Source: Paraspadella gotoi
Lineage: Eukaryota; Animalia; Chaetognatha
Length of the DNA: 64,000 nucleotides
Direction of reading: 5' to 3'
Assembly: GCA_051294375.1 (NCBI GenBank)
Contig: CM119263.1
Coordinates: 16,408,532 to 16,472,531 of the forward strand
Every line of letters starts with the position of its first letter. Position 1 is the stretch's first letter. Positions 1-11,800 of this stretch are shown piece by piece. A program made the translations under genes and the position numbers. The notes under the pieces were generated by a model. It ran no database searches, had not been told where the DNA came from, and worked only from the letters and a program-made list of their open reading frames with translations.

Positions 1-639
1 ATTTTTTTTCTCAAACGCTCTCGTGGAAATCGATGAAACCTGAAATTTTTTTTTTTTTCGAATGTGATGGATGAAAATAAAATCTGTCGAAAGTTCACAG
101 TAAATCGGACGAATAAGAAAAGAAAGAAATAAAGTAGAAAAAATATAAGAAAAAGTTTAAGGAACAGAATGTAAGAAGCGAGCAGGAAAAGAGAGAGAAT
201 AAGAGGGAGTGGGGAAAAGAGCAAAAGGGAGGAAAATAAAAAGGGAGGAAGAAGACAAGAAGAAGGCAAAGAAAAGGAGAGTGGGGCACTCAAAAAAAGA
301 AGAGAGAAAAAATGAGAAAAAATAAAAAGAAGAGACGACAAAAAACGTCACTGGAGACAATGTGAATCTGGAAATAGGATTTTTCGATTGAGAGGAACCG
401 GAACGATACTGAGATGTTTAGGTAGATAAACATTGAGACGGACGAAGAGACAGCCTGTCACGCGGCGGTCGGATAGAAGGAAAGATATAAGAATAGATGG
501 AAGGATAGATTGAAATGCAATCGATGGCCCCGTTGAATTTAATGTCGATGTAGGAATTGAATGTAAGGAGATGCGAAGAGGAAAGATATTCAAAAGAAAA
601 TATAAAACAGCGAGCACAAATACAAACTAGTTAAAGTGG

Positions 640-827
640 AGAGAGGGAGAGAGAGAGAGAGAGAGAGAGATAGGAAAAGAAGAAAAATAGAGGGGAAGCC
701 AGAGTTTGGGAATTCCATTGATAGCATAGATCATGTAGTCGACGGGAAAGACGGAAATTCAGGGTTTGTTCCGACCAAAAAGACGGAGGAGAGAAATAAA
801 GATGGGGGAAGAGAGAGAGAGAGAAGA

Positions 828-862
<35 letters not shown>

Positions 863-926
863 GAGAGAGCAGAGAGGATGGGAGAGAGAGAGAGATGAGA
901 GAGAAAAGAGAAGAGGAGGAAGAGAG

Positions 927-957
<31 letters not shown>

Positions 958-970
958 GGAAGAGAGAAGA
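640..970. repeat. (GA)n purine-rich microsatellite cluster, representative of dozens of (GA)n/(CT)n tracts across the window
   Basis: Direct reading. These tracts explain the many spurious ERERER/LSLSLS ORFs in the track. Confidence 0.95.
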
Positions 971-1610
971 GGAATAAGCCGAAGGAGAATATCCGAAAAA
1001 CGATAATGCAGCGATAAAGGCGAAATTAAATTAAACCTGATAAAATTGTAAAAATAAGTTTTGTTGCAAAAAAAAAATTTAGTTTTCGCAGAAACGAAAA
1101 ATTAGAACAAATTCAGAGAGACAGAAAAGATAAACATGACTTTAAACTGATCAATTAGTTGTTGTTATTAATGTGGTCTCTGAGACAAGCAACATGGTCC
1201 CAAGTACTGGTCATTTGGTCAGTAGATTCTTTTTAATTATTCTTGTCGCCTCTTTTCGTTCCTCGTCGGCTTCGGTTCTTCCTTCTCCTTAACTGTGGAA
1301 TCGCCTCCGCTTCTTATCTCTGCCTTTTGAAGTTTCTTTCCTTCCCTTTCCTTGTTTCCTCCATCCATTCTCTTTTTCCATTTTCTCTCTTTTTGTTTCC
1401 TCAAGTCCTTTTCTTACTCCCCTCTTGGTCACGACCTCCACGTTTAATGTTTCTAGTAGAGTTATAAGAATTAATTTGCTGAGGATCGTGTTTGACGGAC
1501 GTATCTGGACTGAATGAATGGAAGATTCGGAGTTTGGTAACAAAGACGAAGATATTGTGATGGGATGGATTTCAAGACGACGTTAATTAAATGAAGGAGG
1601 GGAGAAGGAG

Positions 1611-1663
<53 letters not shown>

Positions 1664-1811
1664 AGAAGGAGAGAGAGAAAGGAGAGGGAGCACGCTCTCC
1701 AAGACGAATCTGATATCCGCTAATTTATTCATCAAAAAGTCGCGGAAATGACTTATTTTTCCATTTGGAAAGAATTCGAGTCGAATNNNNNNNNNNNNNN
1801 NNNNNNNNNNN

Positions 1812-1848
<37 letters not shown>

Positions 1849-2431
1849 AACCAGAGGGGAATATCCGAACGATAATGGACGAAAAGGAAATTAAATTAAA
1901 CTGATAAAATTTAAAGAAATTTAGTTTTTGCAAAAAAAAATTTAGTTTTCGGCAGAACGAAAAATTAGAACAAATTCAGAGGAGAGAAAAGAATTAAACA
2001 TGACTTTAAACTGATCATTTTGTTGGTTATTATTTTGGTTCTGAGACCAACGCAACTATGGTCCCAAGTTACTGGTCATTGGTCAGTAGTCATCTTTTTA
2101 ATTTCTTTCGCCTTTTCGTTCCTCGTCGGCTTCGGTTCTCCTTCTCCTTAACTGTGGAACCGCCTCCGCTTCTTTCTCTGCCTTTTGAAGTTTCTTTCCT
2201 TCCCTTTCCTTTTTCCTCCATCCATCCTTTTTCCATTTTTTCTCTTTTTGTTCCCAAGTCCTTTCCTTACTTCCCCTCTTGGTCACACCCTCACGTTTTC
2301 ATGACCGAGTTAAGAAATTAATTTTGTCTGAGGACGGATTGACGGACGGACGGATGAATGAATGGAGATTCGGGAGGTAGCAAAGACGAGATATTGGATG
2401 GATGGATTTAAGAGCGACGTAATTAATGAAG

Positions 2432-2527
<96 letters not shown>

Positions 2528-2621
2528 CGAGCAAGCTCTCCAATGACGAATCTGATATCCGCTAATTACTCATCAAAAATTCGCGGAAATGACTTTTTTT
2601 TCCATTTGGAAAATTCGAGTC
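1812..2621 (+). repeat. Direct duplicate of ~940-1786, separated from it by a 25-N gap (probable assembly overlap)
   Basis: Shared blocks such as AACATGACTTTAAACTGATCA, CCTCGTCGGCTTCGGTTCT and GACGAATCTGATATCCGCTAAT occur in both copies with scattered indels. The N run is 1787-1811. Confidence 0.9.
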
Positions 2622-3147
2622 TGATCAGTGATTAATTTGGAAAAAAAGAAAAAAAAGAAACTCGATTTCCAGAAAACGAAAAAGAAAAAAGAGATGAATG
2701 GAAATTTGCCGGCAGGTGGCAGTCGAGGTGGAAGTGTCGGTGGCGGTGTGGCAAGTGGCAACGCGAGAGTGTGTGCGTAGCGTGGTGTCGAAGGCTGAGA
2801 TATGTGACGCTGGCGAAGGATAAAGATTTTGGCAGCGTTGACGTTAGTCACAGACGGAGTGACGTCGGAGTTCTAATGAGTTGTTTGGCTCGAGACCTCA
2901 ACTTGGAGGCGGCGAGTGGCGGCGTTGATGTTGGGCGGAGAAGAAGAGACGCCAACGCTAAACCGAAGAGATAGGATTTTATTTATTAAAACTAAAACTA
3001 AAGCGATTACCGCTAATAGGCTTTTATAGCTTGTTTATTGAAAACTGTATTTTAAAAAAAATATAAAAAGAGAGTAAAGCGGGTAAAAAAATTATTGATC
3101 TTGATTTGCGAAATTTGACTTTCGATTGAAGTTAGAGAGGAAAGAAC

Positions 3148-3200
3148 AATTACGCAATACGCATTACGCAATACGCAATACGCAATACGCAATTACGCAT
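3148..3200. repeat. (AATACGC)n heptamer microsatellite
   Basis: About 7 near-perfect AATACGC/ATTACGC units. Confidence 0.9.
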
Positions 3201-3518
3201 GTCCCGACCACAGACCGGGTTTCAAAAATTTTAGTGTTCCGGTCAAATAAAAAATAGTTGAGCAAGGATATATGGGAAGGATACTTGTGGATAGAGAACG
3301 GGAGGGATAGTGTACGGGAAGGAAAGGGAAAAATAGAGGGAATGGAAGAGGAAAGAGCAGGAATGAGAAAGAAAGGCAAAGGGAAAAAAAGAAAAAAAGG
3401 GGAGAGAGAATATAGTATCTCCGTGTATTCAGAATTTCTTAACCCTGAAAATCCAATTTGAGATGAGACGATTTATTTTTGGTCGAAGAAAAAAGTCAGG
3501 TCAGGCGAAACAACGAGA

Positions 3519-3896
3519 GACCGACCGACCGACCGACCGACCGACCGACCGACCGACCGACGCCCGACCGACCGACCGACCCCGACCGACCGTCCGTCCC
3601 CGATCGCCACAACCGCCGACCGATCGACCGATCGACCGACGATCGATCGACTCGACCGATCAGACGACCGACTCGACCGACCGACCGACCGACCGACCGA
3701 CCGACCGACCGAACCGACCGACCGACGACCGATGCGACCGACCGATCGACCGACCGACCGACCGACGATCGACCGATCGATCGATCGACCGATCGACCGA
3801 TCGATCGATCGATCGTCGACCGATCGACCGATCGACCGACCGACCGACCGACGACCGACCGACCGACCGACCGACCGACCGACCGACCGACCGACC
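3519..3896. repeat. Compound (GACC)n/(GATC)n tetranucleotide satellite
   Basis: About 375 bp of interleaved GACC and GATC units; source of the PTDR/RSVG ORFs. Confidence 0.95.
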
Positions 3897-5655
3897 TCTT
3901 CGACTTTCTCTCTCGTTCGTCTTCATTTCCTCGCGATTATTTTCAAAGACAACAGGGAGGGCAAGGCGGCAAGAGGGCCGAGTTTCAAAGAGAAATATTT
4001 ATATTAATATTTTTTGTATGTAACTCTTAAGTCACGTTTCAGATTGCATTTCACTAACCACTTTTGTACTACTATTAATTTACTTTAATCTAATTTAAAT
4101 ATGATGATATTTATCCCAATATGAAAAGCTTGAATGTAATATAATATAATCAAGCAGCGTCTTTTTTCCATCAATTTTTGAGAGGCTGAGCCGAAGTTGT
4201 TTTGGATGGAACTGCGGTTCTCTGTCGTTTATCTTATCCGCCATCTCGGTTCGGTCTTTATCGGTCGCTATTTGAATCCGAGGCGTGTGTCGCCATGGTA
4301 ACGAGCGGAGAGAGGAACGGCGACGAAAAAATGTAGTTTGGAAACCAAAGTGTCGGCGAAACGATTTGGAGTTTGGATAAAAATCGAAATTGAAAAAAAA
4401 AAACGAAGCTATCTTTTGATAGCGACACTTTTTATCGTTAAGCGGTCAGGACGGGCGAAAACAGAAATAGTAACATTAATTTCATTCAGTTTCTCGTTCC
4501 TTTTCCTATTTTGCCTTTTTTTCCTTTTTCTGGTTCCATTTCCTCTTTTGTTTTTCTCTTCGTGTGCACACCCCCCCAACGCTCCCCCCTTTTTCCCCGC
4601 TTGCTTTTCCCCAGAGTCTTTTGCCCTCTTGACCCTCGATTACTTTCCATTTTCTCCTTCCCCGCTCGTTTGGCGGCGCTGATGCTGACGCCGACGCTGA
4701 CGCTGACGCTGGCGGAAGTAAAGCGGCGAACGTCACAGGCCGTTGTTGTTGTTCATTTGTCCAACGGGGAGAGGTCCGGCGAAATAGGAAGACGTTGTTG
4801 TTACAGCTGGCAACTCGGGTCTTCGTCGTCTTCGCTGCCCTTCGTCGTCGTCTTCGTCGTCGTCGTCCCGTCGAGCCCTCGCCAAAAGTGAAAAAAAAAA
4901 AGCGCGGGTTTAATTTTGTTGGCGCCTCGGCGGAAACGAGGTCGACGTTACAGGAGGTGAAAAACGTGTCTCTCTCTCCCCTTCTCCGACCGCAGCGCCC
5001 CCTTCACAAAAAAAAAAAAAAAATTGTCGAGTCAATGGTTAGGAAGAATGTGGGGAAATCAGTGAAAGAGTTTTTTTTATTAGGAAAAGAAAAAGAGAAA
5101 GGAAAGAGGAGAATTAAACGGGCGAAGCTGAAGAAAAGTCAAGGGCGGGAAAAAGCGGTGAAGCGTGAATGGCCGATGAGGCTGACGACGATGTGTCACT
5201 TGGACTTTCAAATGGAAATAAGAGCGGGCCACTCGGCGCGCCGTTCAGGGGTCGTCAAGAAGTAATTTAATTAAATTATTAAAGGGACGGAGGAATTATT
5301 GACGGAGGTGTCGTTTATTGTTAAACGAAAACGTTGATTGTATGGATTTCAAATTAGTACAAGCTCCCTCGCGATTTCGCTGCTATCAAGCAATCATCAC
5401 CGGATAAAGATTGTAAATGCGACGGAAGTTTGCGAAGGGAAAGAAAAATGAAGGAAATTGAAAAAAAAAAAGCGAAATAAAATCGAAAAACTATTAGTTT
5501 GTTATTTTCTTTCTTTTTTTTTTTTAGTTATCGTCGACGGAATTACAAATCTTTGCCAAGACTTCGCCATTTCAGATTTTTTACAGATTTTTTATCTTTT
5601 TGTCGATCTCAACCAATTTCTTCTCTTCGTTAATAAAAATTTTAAAAACATTCTG

Positions 5656-5656
<1 letters not shown>

Positions 5657-5754
<98 letters not shown>
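5657..5754. repeat. (ATT)n microsatellite
   Basis: About 32 perfect units. Confidence 0.97.
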
Positions 5755-5988
5755 TGAACTTTTTATGTTTTTTTTCCTTTTCCAGTTTAATCAGTATATG
5801 ATTTCTTTAACGTCCTAGAATTTTATTTTTTTCACAAGCGGAATAATTCGTCGATACAGAAAGAGAGACAGGCAGACAGAAAGGCAGACAGACGCTCAGA
5901 CCAGAAAGATTTTCATTGAGCCTCAATGAGCCTCAATATAATCCGAGACTAAAAACTTTTTCTCGTAAAATCATTAGCGCCGCTTCTA

Positions 5989-6088
<100 letters not shown>

Positions 6089-8653
6089 TCTCTCGCGAGC
6101 TCCCGTCGCTTGATGGATGAGCGCGGTTGGATTATTTAAAACGATAACGTTGTTAATTAAGGCCGCTCATGTCGCCGCTTCCCCTGACGCTTCCGCCGCC
6201 CCGTCAACGCCGCCGCGGCAGTCGCTGGAACAGATAGCATCACTCGGGATCCTCTCGGCTTTCGGACGGGAAATCCCTCATCGGATTTTCCGTCTCGCTT
6301 TTAATTAACAGACGCGGATTAGACTCAAGATGTATCGTCGAAGCGGCGAGCCTCTCGGGCGGCTAAAGGCTCCTCGATCGAGCGCTACCTTTTCCCCGAT
6401 CCAGCGCCACCTTTATTCGAGGAGCTGCTCCCTCCGTTGATCCCCGCTTCCCTATAAAGAGTATTAAAGCGTGAGTAAAAGGGGGAGGGACTGAGTGAGG
6501 TGGCCCATTCCGTATTTCGATATCCGTTCTTGAATAATGTAAGAGTTCCGCTCGGAGAATTTTCGTTTCACAAGGGCTTTTTTATTGCCTTATTGATTTC
6601 AATCGCTCCGGGGGATTCGAGACCAAAGCTTCATCCGTTCGCAATTTTTTTCCCCCAAATTTCAGTTGACGTTTGAAGAAAAATTGGAAGTTTTTGCAAG
6701 AAAAAAGATTAGTGTTCTCTTTGACTAAGGATAAAAAGACCAGGCTTCGTACTTTTGAACAGATGTAACTGTATGATACAAATTTAAAAGTGAAATAAAC
6801 TGGTTTTATTATACTGAAGAATGAATACTAAAGTTAATTCTTATATATTACATAGATAAATGAAACATGCGATAATAGATTAATAACTACAACTATAATT
6901 GATAAAAAAAAATTTAATAAACAAAAAAGAATAAAATTGTTTCTGGTTGGTTTTTTACATTATAAAAAATAAGTTAACCTCATTTCCCTTAAAAAATCAA
7001 TTGAACCATATCCAGGCCTTTCGCAAGTCGTTCGATTTCCCTGTAAACATTTTTCTTTTTTAAATTTTTAGATTTTTTCGTATTTTCTTTTTGAAAATCT
7101 CGACGAAGGAAACGCAGAAAAAAAAAAAAAAAAAAAAACTGATTTCAAGCGAAAAAGTTTTAAAAATTTAAAAAGAAAAAAATTGAGAAGTACATTTCGA
7201 ATTTCCCTCGGGATGTAGGGAAAGAAGCAAAGGGAGAGGAAAAGGAAAGAAATGGCTGAGGAAATAAAAGGAGCGAAAAATATTAAAAAAGAAAGGAAGA
7301 TGAAAATATTACGGGAGAAATGAAGGAAGAATGGACGATAAAAAAGAAAGGAGAAAAGGAAAGGAAAGAATTCAAGAAGAGAATAGTCGAAATAATTGGT
7401 TTTTAAGAGAAGAAAATCAAAAGAAGGAAAAATCAACGACAAAATCAATGAGAAAGAAAAAGGAAAAAAAAAACGAGAACGAGAGAGACGGCAAAAAGCT
7501 CGAGGGCTATTTTCGAAAAAAGAGTTATAAAAAGAGAAATATTTTATATATTCATAGGATTTCTTTTAAAACGTTATTTAAAGATCGTTTCCGAAAGCCA
7601 ATTGCCTTTGCGTTCGTGTTGAATCGAAAGTAGAACTAGCGGAAAAAAAAAATTGAAGGGCCCCACTTTTTTTCTCATTTTCCACTCTGGCTTCCCGATT
7701 CGAATTGCTTTTTTTCCCCTTTTTTTCGTCTCACTGCCCGTTTTGTCGTCTAGTAGTAGTAGTTTTTCTGCTTGTTCCCTCGCTCGTTCGTCCGCGTGTA
7801 TCCGCTCATTACAGCTTGTAGCCCCCTTCGCAAATCCTTTCGCATCTCCCCACTTGTATTCCAGTTTGTATCCCAGATGCATCTTCCCAGCAGGAACCGG
7901 TGGACGCGTTCGGGTTGCTAAGCGACGCTAACGACGGAAGCGGCAAAGTCGGTAACGAGAGGACGCGACGTGAGTAGAGGCGAAAATTGGCGGAAAAAAA
8001 AAGTCATTTCGCCGCAAATTAGGATTTGAAAAAGGTCACGGGCGGAAAGTTCAAAGGCGAAAAACGACCCCGGGGGGGGGGGAGCAGAGGAGGGGGCGGA
8101 GGAAGATGAGCTCGGCCAAGCGGAATCCGGGGAGGTTGTTAAACGAGCGCGAGAAGGTGAGGCCCAAAAGGGAAGGATCCCAAACCTAATAGGGTGAGTA
8201 GAGTTTTTCGAGGTCACGGGACTGAAACGTAAAGGGAAGGATTTCGTGAAACTAAAAGAAGGGGAAGGTGAAGGTAAAGAGTTGAGTGAAAATAATGTAG
8301 GTTAAAAAATGGGACGGGGGGATTTAAATTTAATGCGCCCTGAGCTCTGAGCTCTGAGATTTTTGAAAAAGGTTTAACGTGAAAAAGAGCTAAAAAAATG
8401 AAACGAAGACGAAAAGAAAAAAAAATTACCACGGATCAGAGCCGAGCTATTTTTCTGATAAAGTAAGCATCTATCTGAGGGAATATTTCTTGTGAGATTG
8501 ATCCAAAAAATTAAAAGGGGAATTTATATTCTAATTTTAGTTGTTGCTTTGACATTTATAAAATTGTGAATAGTGACGAATGATTTCGTAATGACTGCGG
8601 ACAGACTTATAAGTAGCTGAGGAAGCAACCGAGAGTGACAGTCAAGAAGCAAG

Positions 8654-8790
8654 ATGGCGTCAACATCGCCGTTTTCATCGCCATCAACGACGCGTCTGAT
8701 CCTCGCATCAGATCTTAAGTGGAAGATGGCCAAGTCGTCGGGTTATTTTTTCCCGGGATTTTTTTTTGGGAGCCTTTTAAGGCTCCTTTC

Positions 8791-8875
<85 letters not shown>

Positions 8876-11800
8876 TCAATTTTCGCTCTCAACTGATTTT
8901 TATTTTTCCTGACTTTCCTCTTAAAAGCAAAACCGTTGATTGGGGACGTGGATGACTTCAACAACAACGATAACAACAACAGATGCAAAAACTATAACAA
9001 CAACGACAAATAATCGAAGCGTCGTTGTTGCCTGGAATATCTCTGTCAATACCATTGATTATATTTACTAAAATAGTGATATTTTGATCTAGTGTAAATA
9101 TTAAATAATAAACAACTAATTTTCTCGACATAGTTAACCCAATTTAAGGAAAAGAGTTTGGAAGACGAAAAACTCGATATCCTAAATCTTTTTACTTCGT
9201 CAGACTAAAAAACCCGAATATCCTCAAATTATTCAAATAATTATATTCCTTTAACTTGGAACTTTTCGTGACCTCCCTTGAAAATCGGGAAGCATGCCCA
9301 AAAAAGGTGATCTCTGAATGTGGTCGTGATGATTATTAAGCCGCTGACGACGAGGACGATGATGTTAATGATGGTGAAAATTACAATAACGATTACGACT
9401 CCAAATGAATCAATGCAATGGTCCACCGTCTCCCCAGATAAAAGTCTTCGCACACAATTCCTTTTCGAACTTCGTCACTGGGCCGAGTTCACCTCCGTCG
9501 TGGGACCCAAGGCCGTGTACTACACTCACGGCCTAATTCCGCTGCAGACGATTTGGATCATTTGTTTCGCCATTGCCGCCGCCATGGTCGGTCAGTTAGT
9601 CAGTCAATGCACGATTCTTTTTCTGAGTGATTCTTTTGTTCAAAACGTAACCAGAAAGAATTCTAAAATTAATCCGATGAAAATAATCTATGAAATGACG
9701 AAATAAACTATTTTCTTCGCCCGTTAGTCTGGCTGTACGTGCGCGATTATCAAAAGTACGCATCGTACGCGACGAGGGTAACGTCACAGGACAGTGAGGA
9801 CAAAAATTCGCTTCTCTTTCCTCTGGTGACAATTTGTCCTCTCAATCCCGTCGACTACATCCAAGACAAACCGGGATCGTCTCACGTCGATCACACAAAT
9901 GTGAACAAACTCGTGAGATGAAAGTCGAAAAAAAAATGGAGATAAAGCGAGTCGCTATCCAAAATCAGGCTATGCTTTTAAAATTGGGTAAAGTCTTCAA
10001 GGAACAACTTCAGTACGTCGTCACCAACCAAATCACCGTCACGAAGGCAGCGTCACGTTTCCAGAAGTCAGTTAAAACGTGTGAAAATAAAATGTGTCGG
10101 GGAAGTAGAAAGTAAGAATGTCGATATGGAGATGTGAGATTCAAGTTAAGATTGAATTTATTAGTTATGCATTGAATAGAATAATCCTTTTTTAGATTTT
10201 CTAGCCTCCTGTTTGGGTGTGTTTAAACTTAAAAAAAAAAAAGGACAACAACAATAACAATAACAATAAAAAAACATTGCGGCTTATTTGAACAGAGTTT
10301 GCAAAAGTTATTTCGATGCCAACATCTGCGGATTGACGCAATTCGATCCGACGAGGACATACGGACGCGTTCCCAACGAACCTGATCACGTCGCGGATAA
10401 AATTACAGGTAGATTGAATCACATTTTATTCAATCACTTTGTCGCGATCTCCTTTAATATACGTTCATTTATTGCGTTGTAAATACAAGGACTGAAGAGA
10501 CAGTAATTATTGTTATATGTTAGTGACAGAACCGTTCAATTTATGCAGTCCCTGAGCTTCAGATCAGACTGTGACAACGTGTTACAGGCGACCCGTCCCA
10601 CTTAATTGCAAGGCGACCGCCGGGCTAGAACCCCGGACTTTTGGGTAGGGAGGCAACTGACTTGCCTCCGGCACCAATGGTTACTGATGAACGTTTGTTG
10701 GATTTTAGTCCACCATAAGACATTCAATCTGTAAATAATAAAACACGGCGTCTATGTCGATTCTGTTTTTTTTTTTACCGTAGTAATTTAAGTTTTTTCC
10801 CAATACGGAACTTATCAGGAGTGACGTCGCTTCGCAGCGCCTTCCTCCGAATATTCAATTACATCATCGCCACTCGGATCGATTCCGAAATAGAGTGGCT
10901 GTCGAGATCCGTCGTGTCTCAACTCTTGATCAGGTCGCCTAATTGATTTATCTATCGATGGATAGATTGGCCAATGGCCATCGCTCTTGTGTAAAAATGT
11001 ATGTCTTGTTTATTTTAGTTGCTCATTCAACGGCTACAAATGTTCGCCGCGCAACTTCAAAAGGATAAGAAGTCTCCGATACGGAATGTGCTATCAATTT
11101 CACAATCCCAACTCCAAGAATAAGTAAATAGAAATGAAATGGGGTGTCTTCCATCGCGCTCTCTCTCTCTCCCTCTCCCTCTATTCCTCTTTCTTTCTCA
11201 GACATGGATGGACGTCCGGCTACAGAACAACGAACGCTCAACCGGGAATGCCTTTCGGCTTAAAGTTGGATCTCTTCTCCGCTCAGGAAAGTCGAATCAT
11301 CCGTCCACCCTTTGATCACCCCAACGTTGCATCGCTCTACCTCCAACCACCTCGTCTCCACCCTCTTCACCTCGACCCTGCACTCTCGACTCCTTTCAGG
11401 AATCGAGCCTGCGCTTCTTCGAGGACGATTCCGGATTCATCATCAGCATCCACGAGGCGGGCAGCTCCGCTTCCTTCGATCACAACGCCGTCCAGGTTTT
11501 TTTTTTTTTTTTCTAGGCTGACCCTTTCCTCTCCATCTCCCTCTTTGTAAACCGATCATTGACAGACATAATTCGATTCCGGTTTTACTGACTTCGCCTC
11601 ACCCACTCCTCAGGTTCCGCGCGGAGAAATAACCACCATCACAATCAAGGAAAACGACTTCGAAGCCTGTAATCTAGTCGAGTGCGCGCCTTGCCTTCCG
11701 AACAAGGTGAGGGGATGCGGCGATCGTTAGGTGGGGGGCGGGGCTAATTGGTGCCTTCATCTGGAGGAAGGGAAAAGAAAATAGTGAAAAGAAGGCAAAG

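Noticed and set aside
1190-1225. GGTCCCAAGT resembling twister loop 4 (also at ~2060)
   Set aside because: No P4 closure after the loop and no matching GA-GGG or T2 partner nearby.
95-2635. Many ER/RE- and LS/SL-rich ORFs here and throughout the window
   Set aside because: They are translations of (GA)n/(CT)n microsatellites, with no domain or splice support.
3463-4030. 180-aa PTDR-repeat ORFs
   Set aside because: A tetranucleotide satellite that lacks stops in most frames.
7574-7931. Overlapping ORFs including MHLGYKLEYKWGDAKGFAKG
   Set aside because: No recognisable motif and no frame-consistent neighbouring exons found; could be a missed exon but is unsupported.
10491-10530. CTGAAGA followed by a hairpin, resembling a hammerhead core
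   Set aside because: The required GAAA after stem II is absent. Other CTGANGA sites I checked on both strands also lacked the core.
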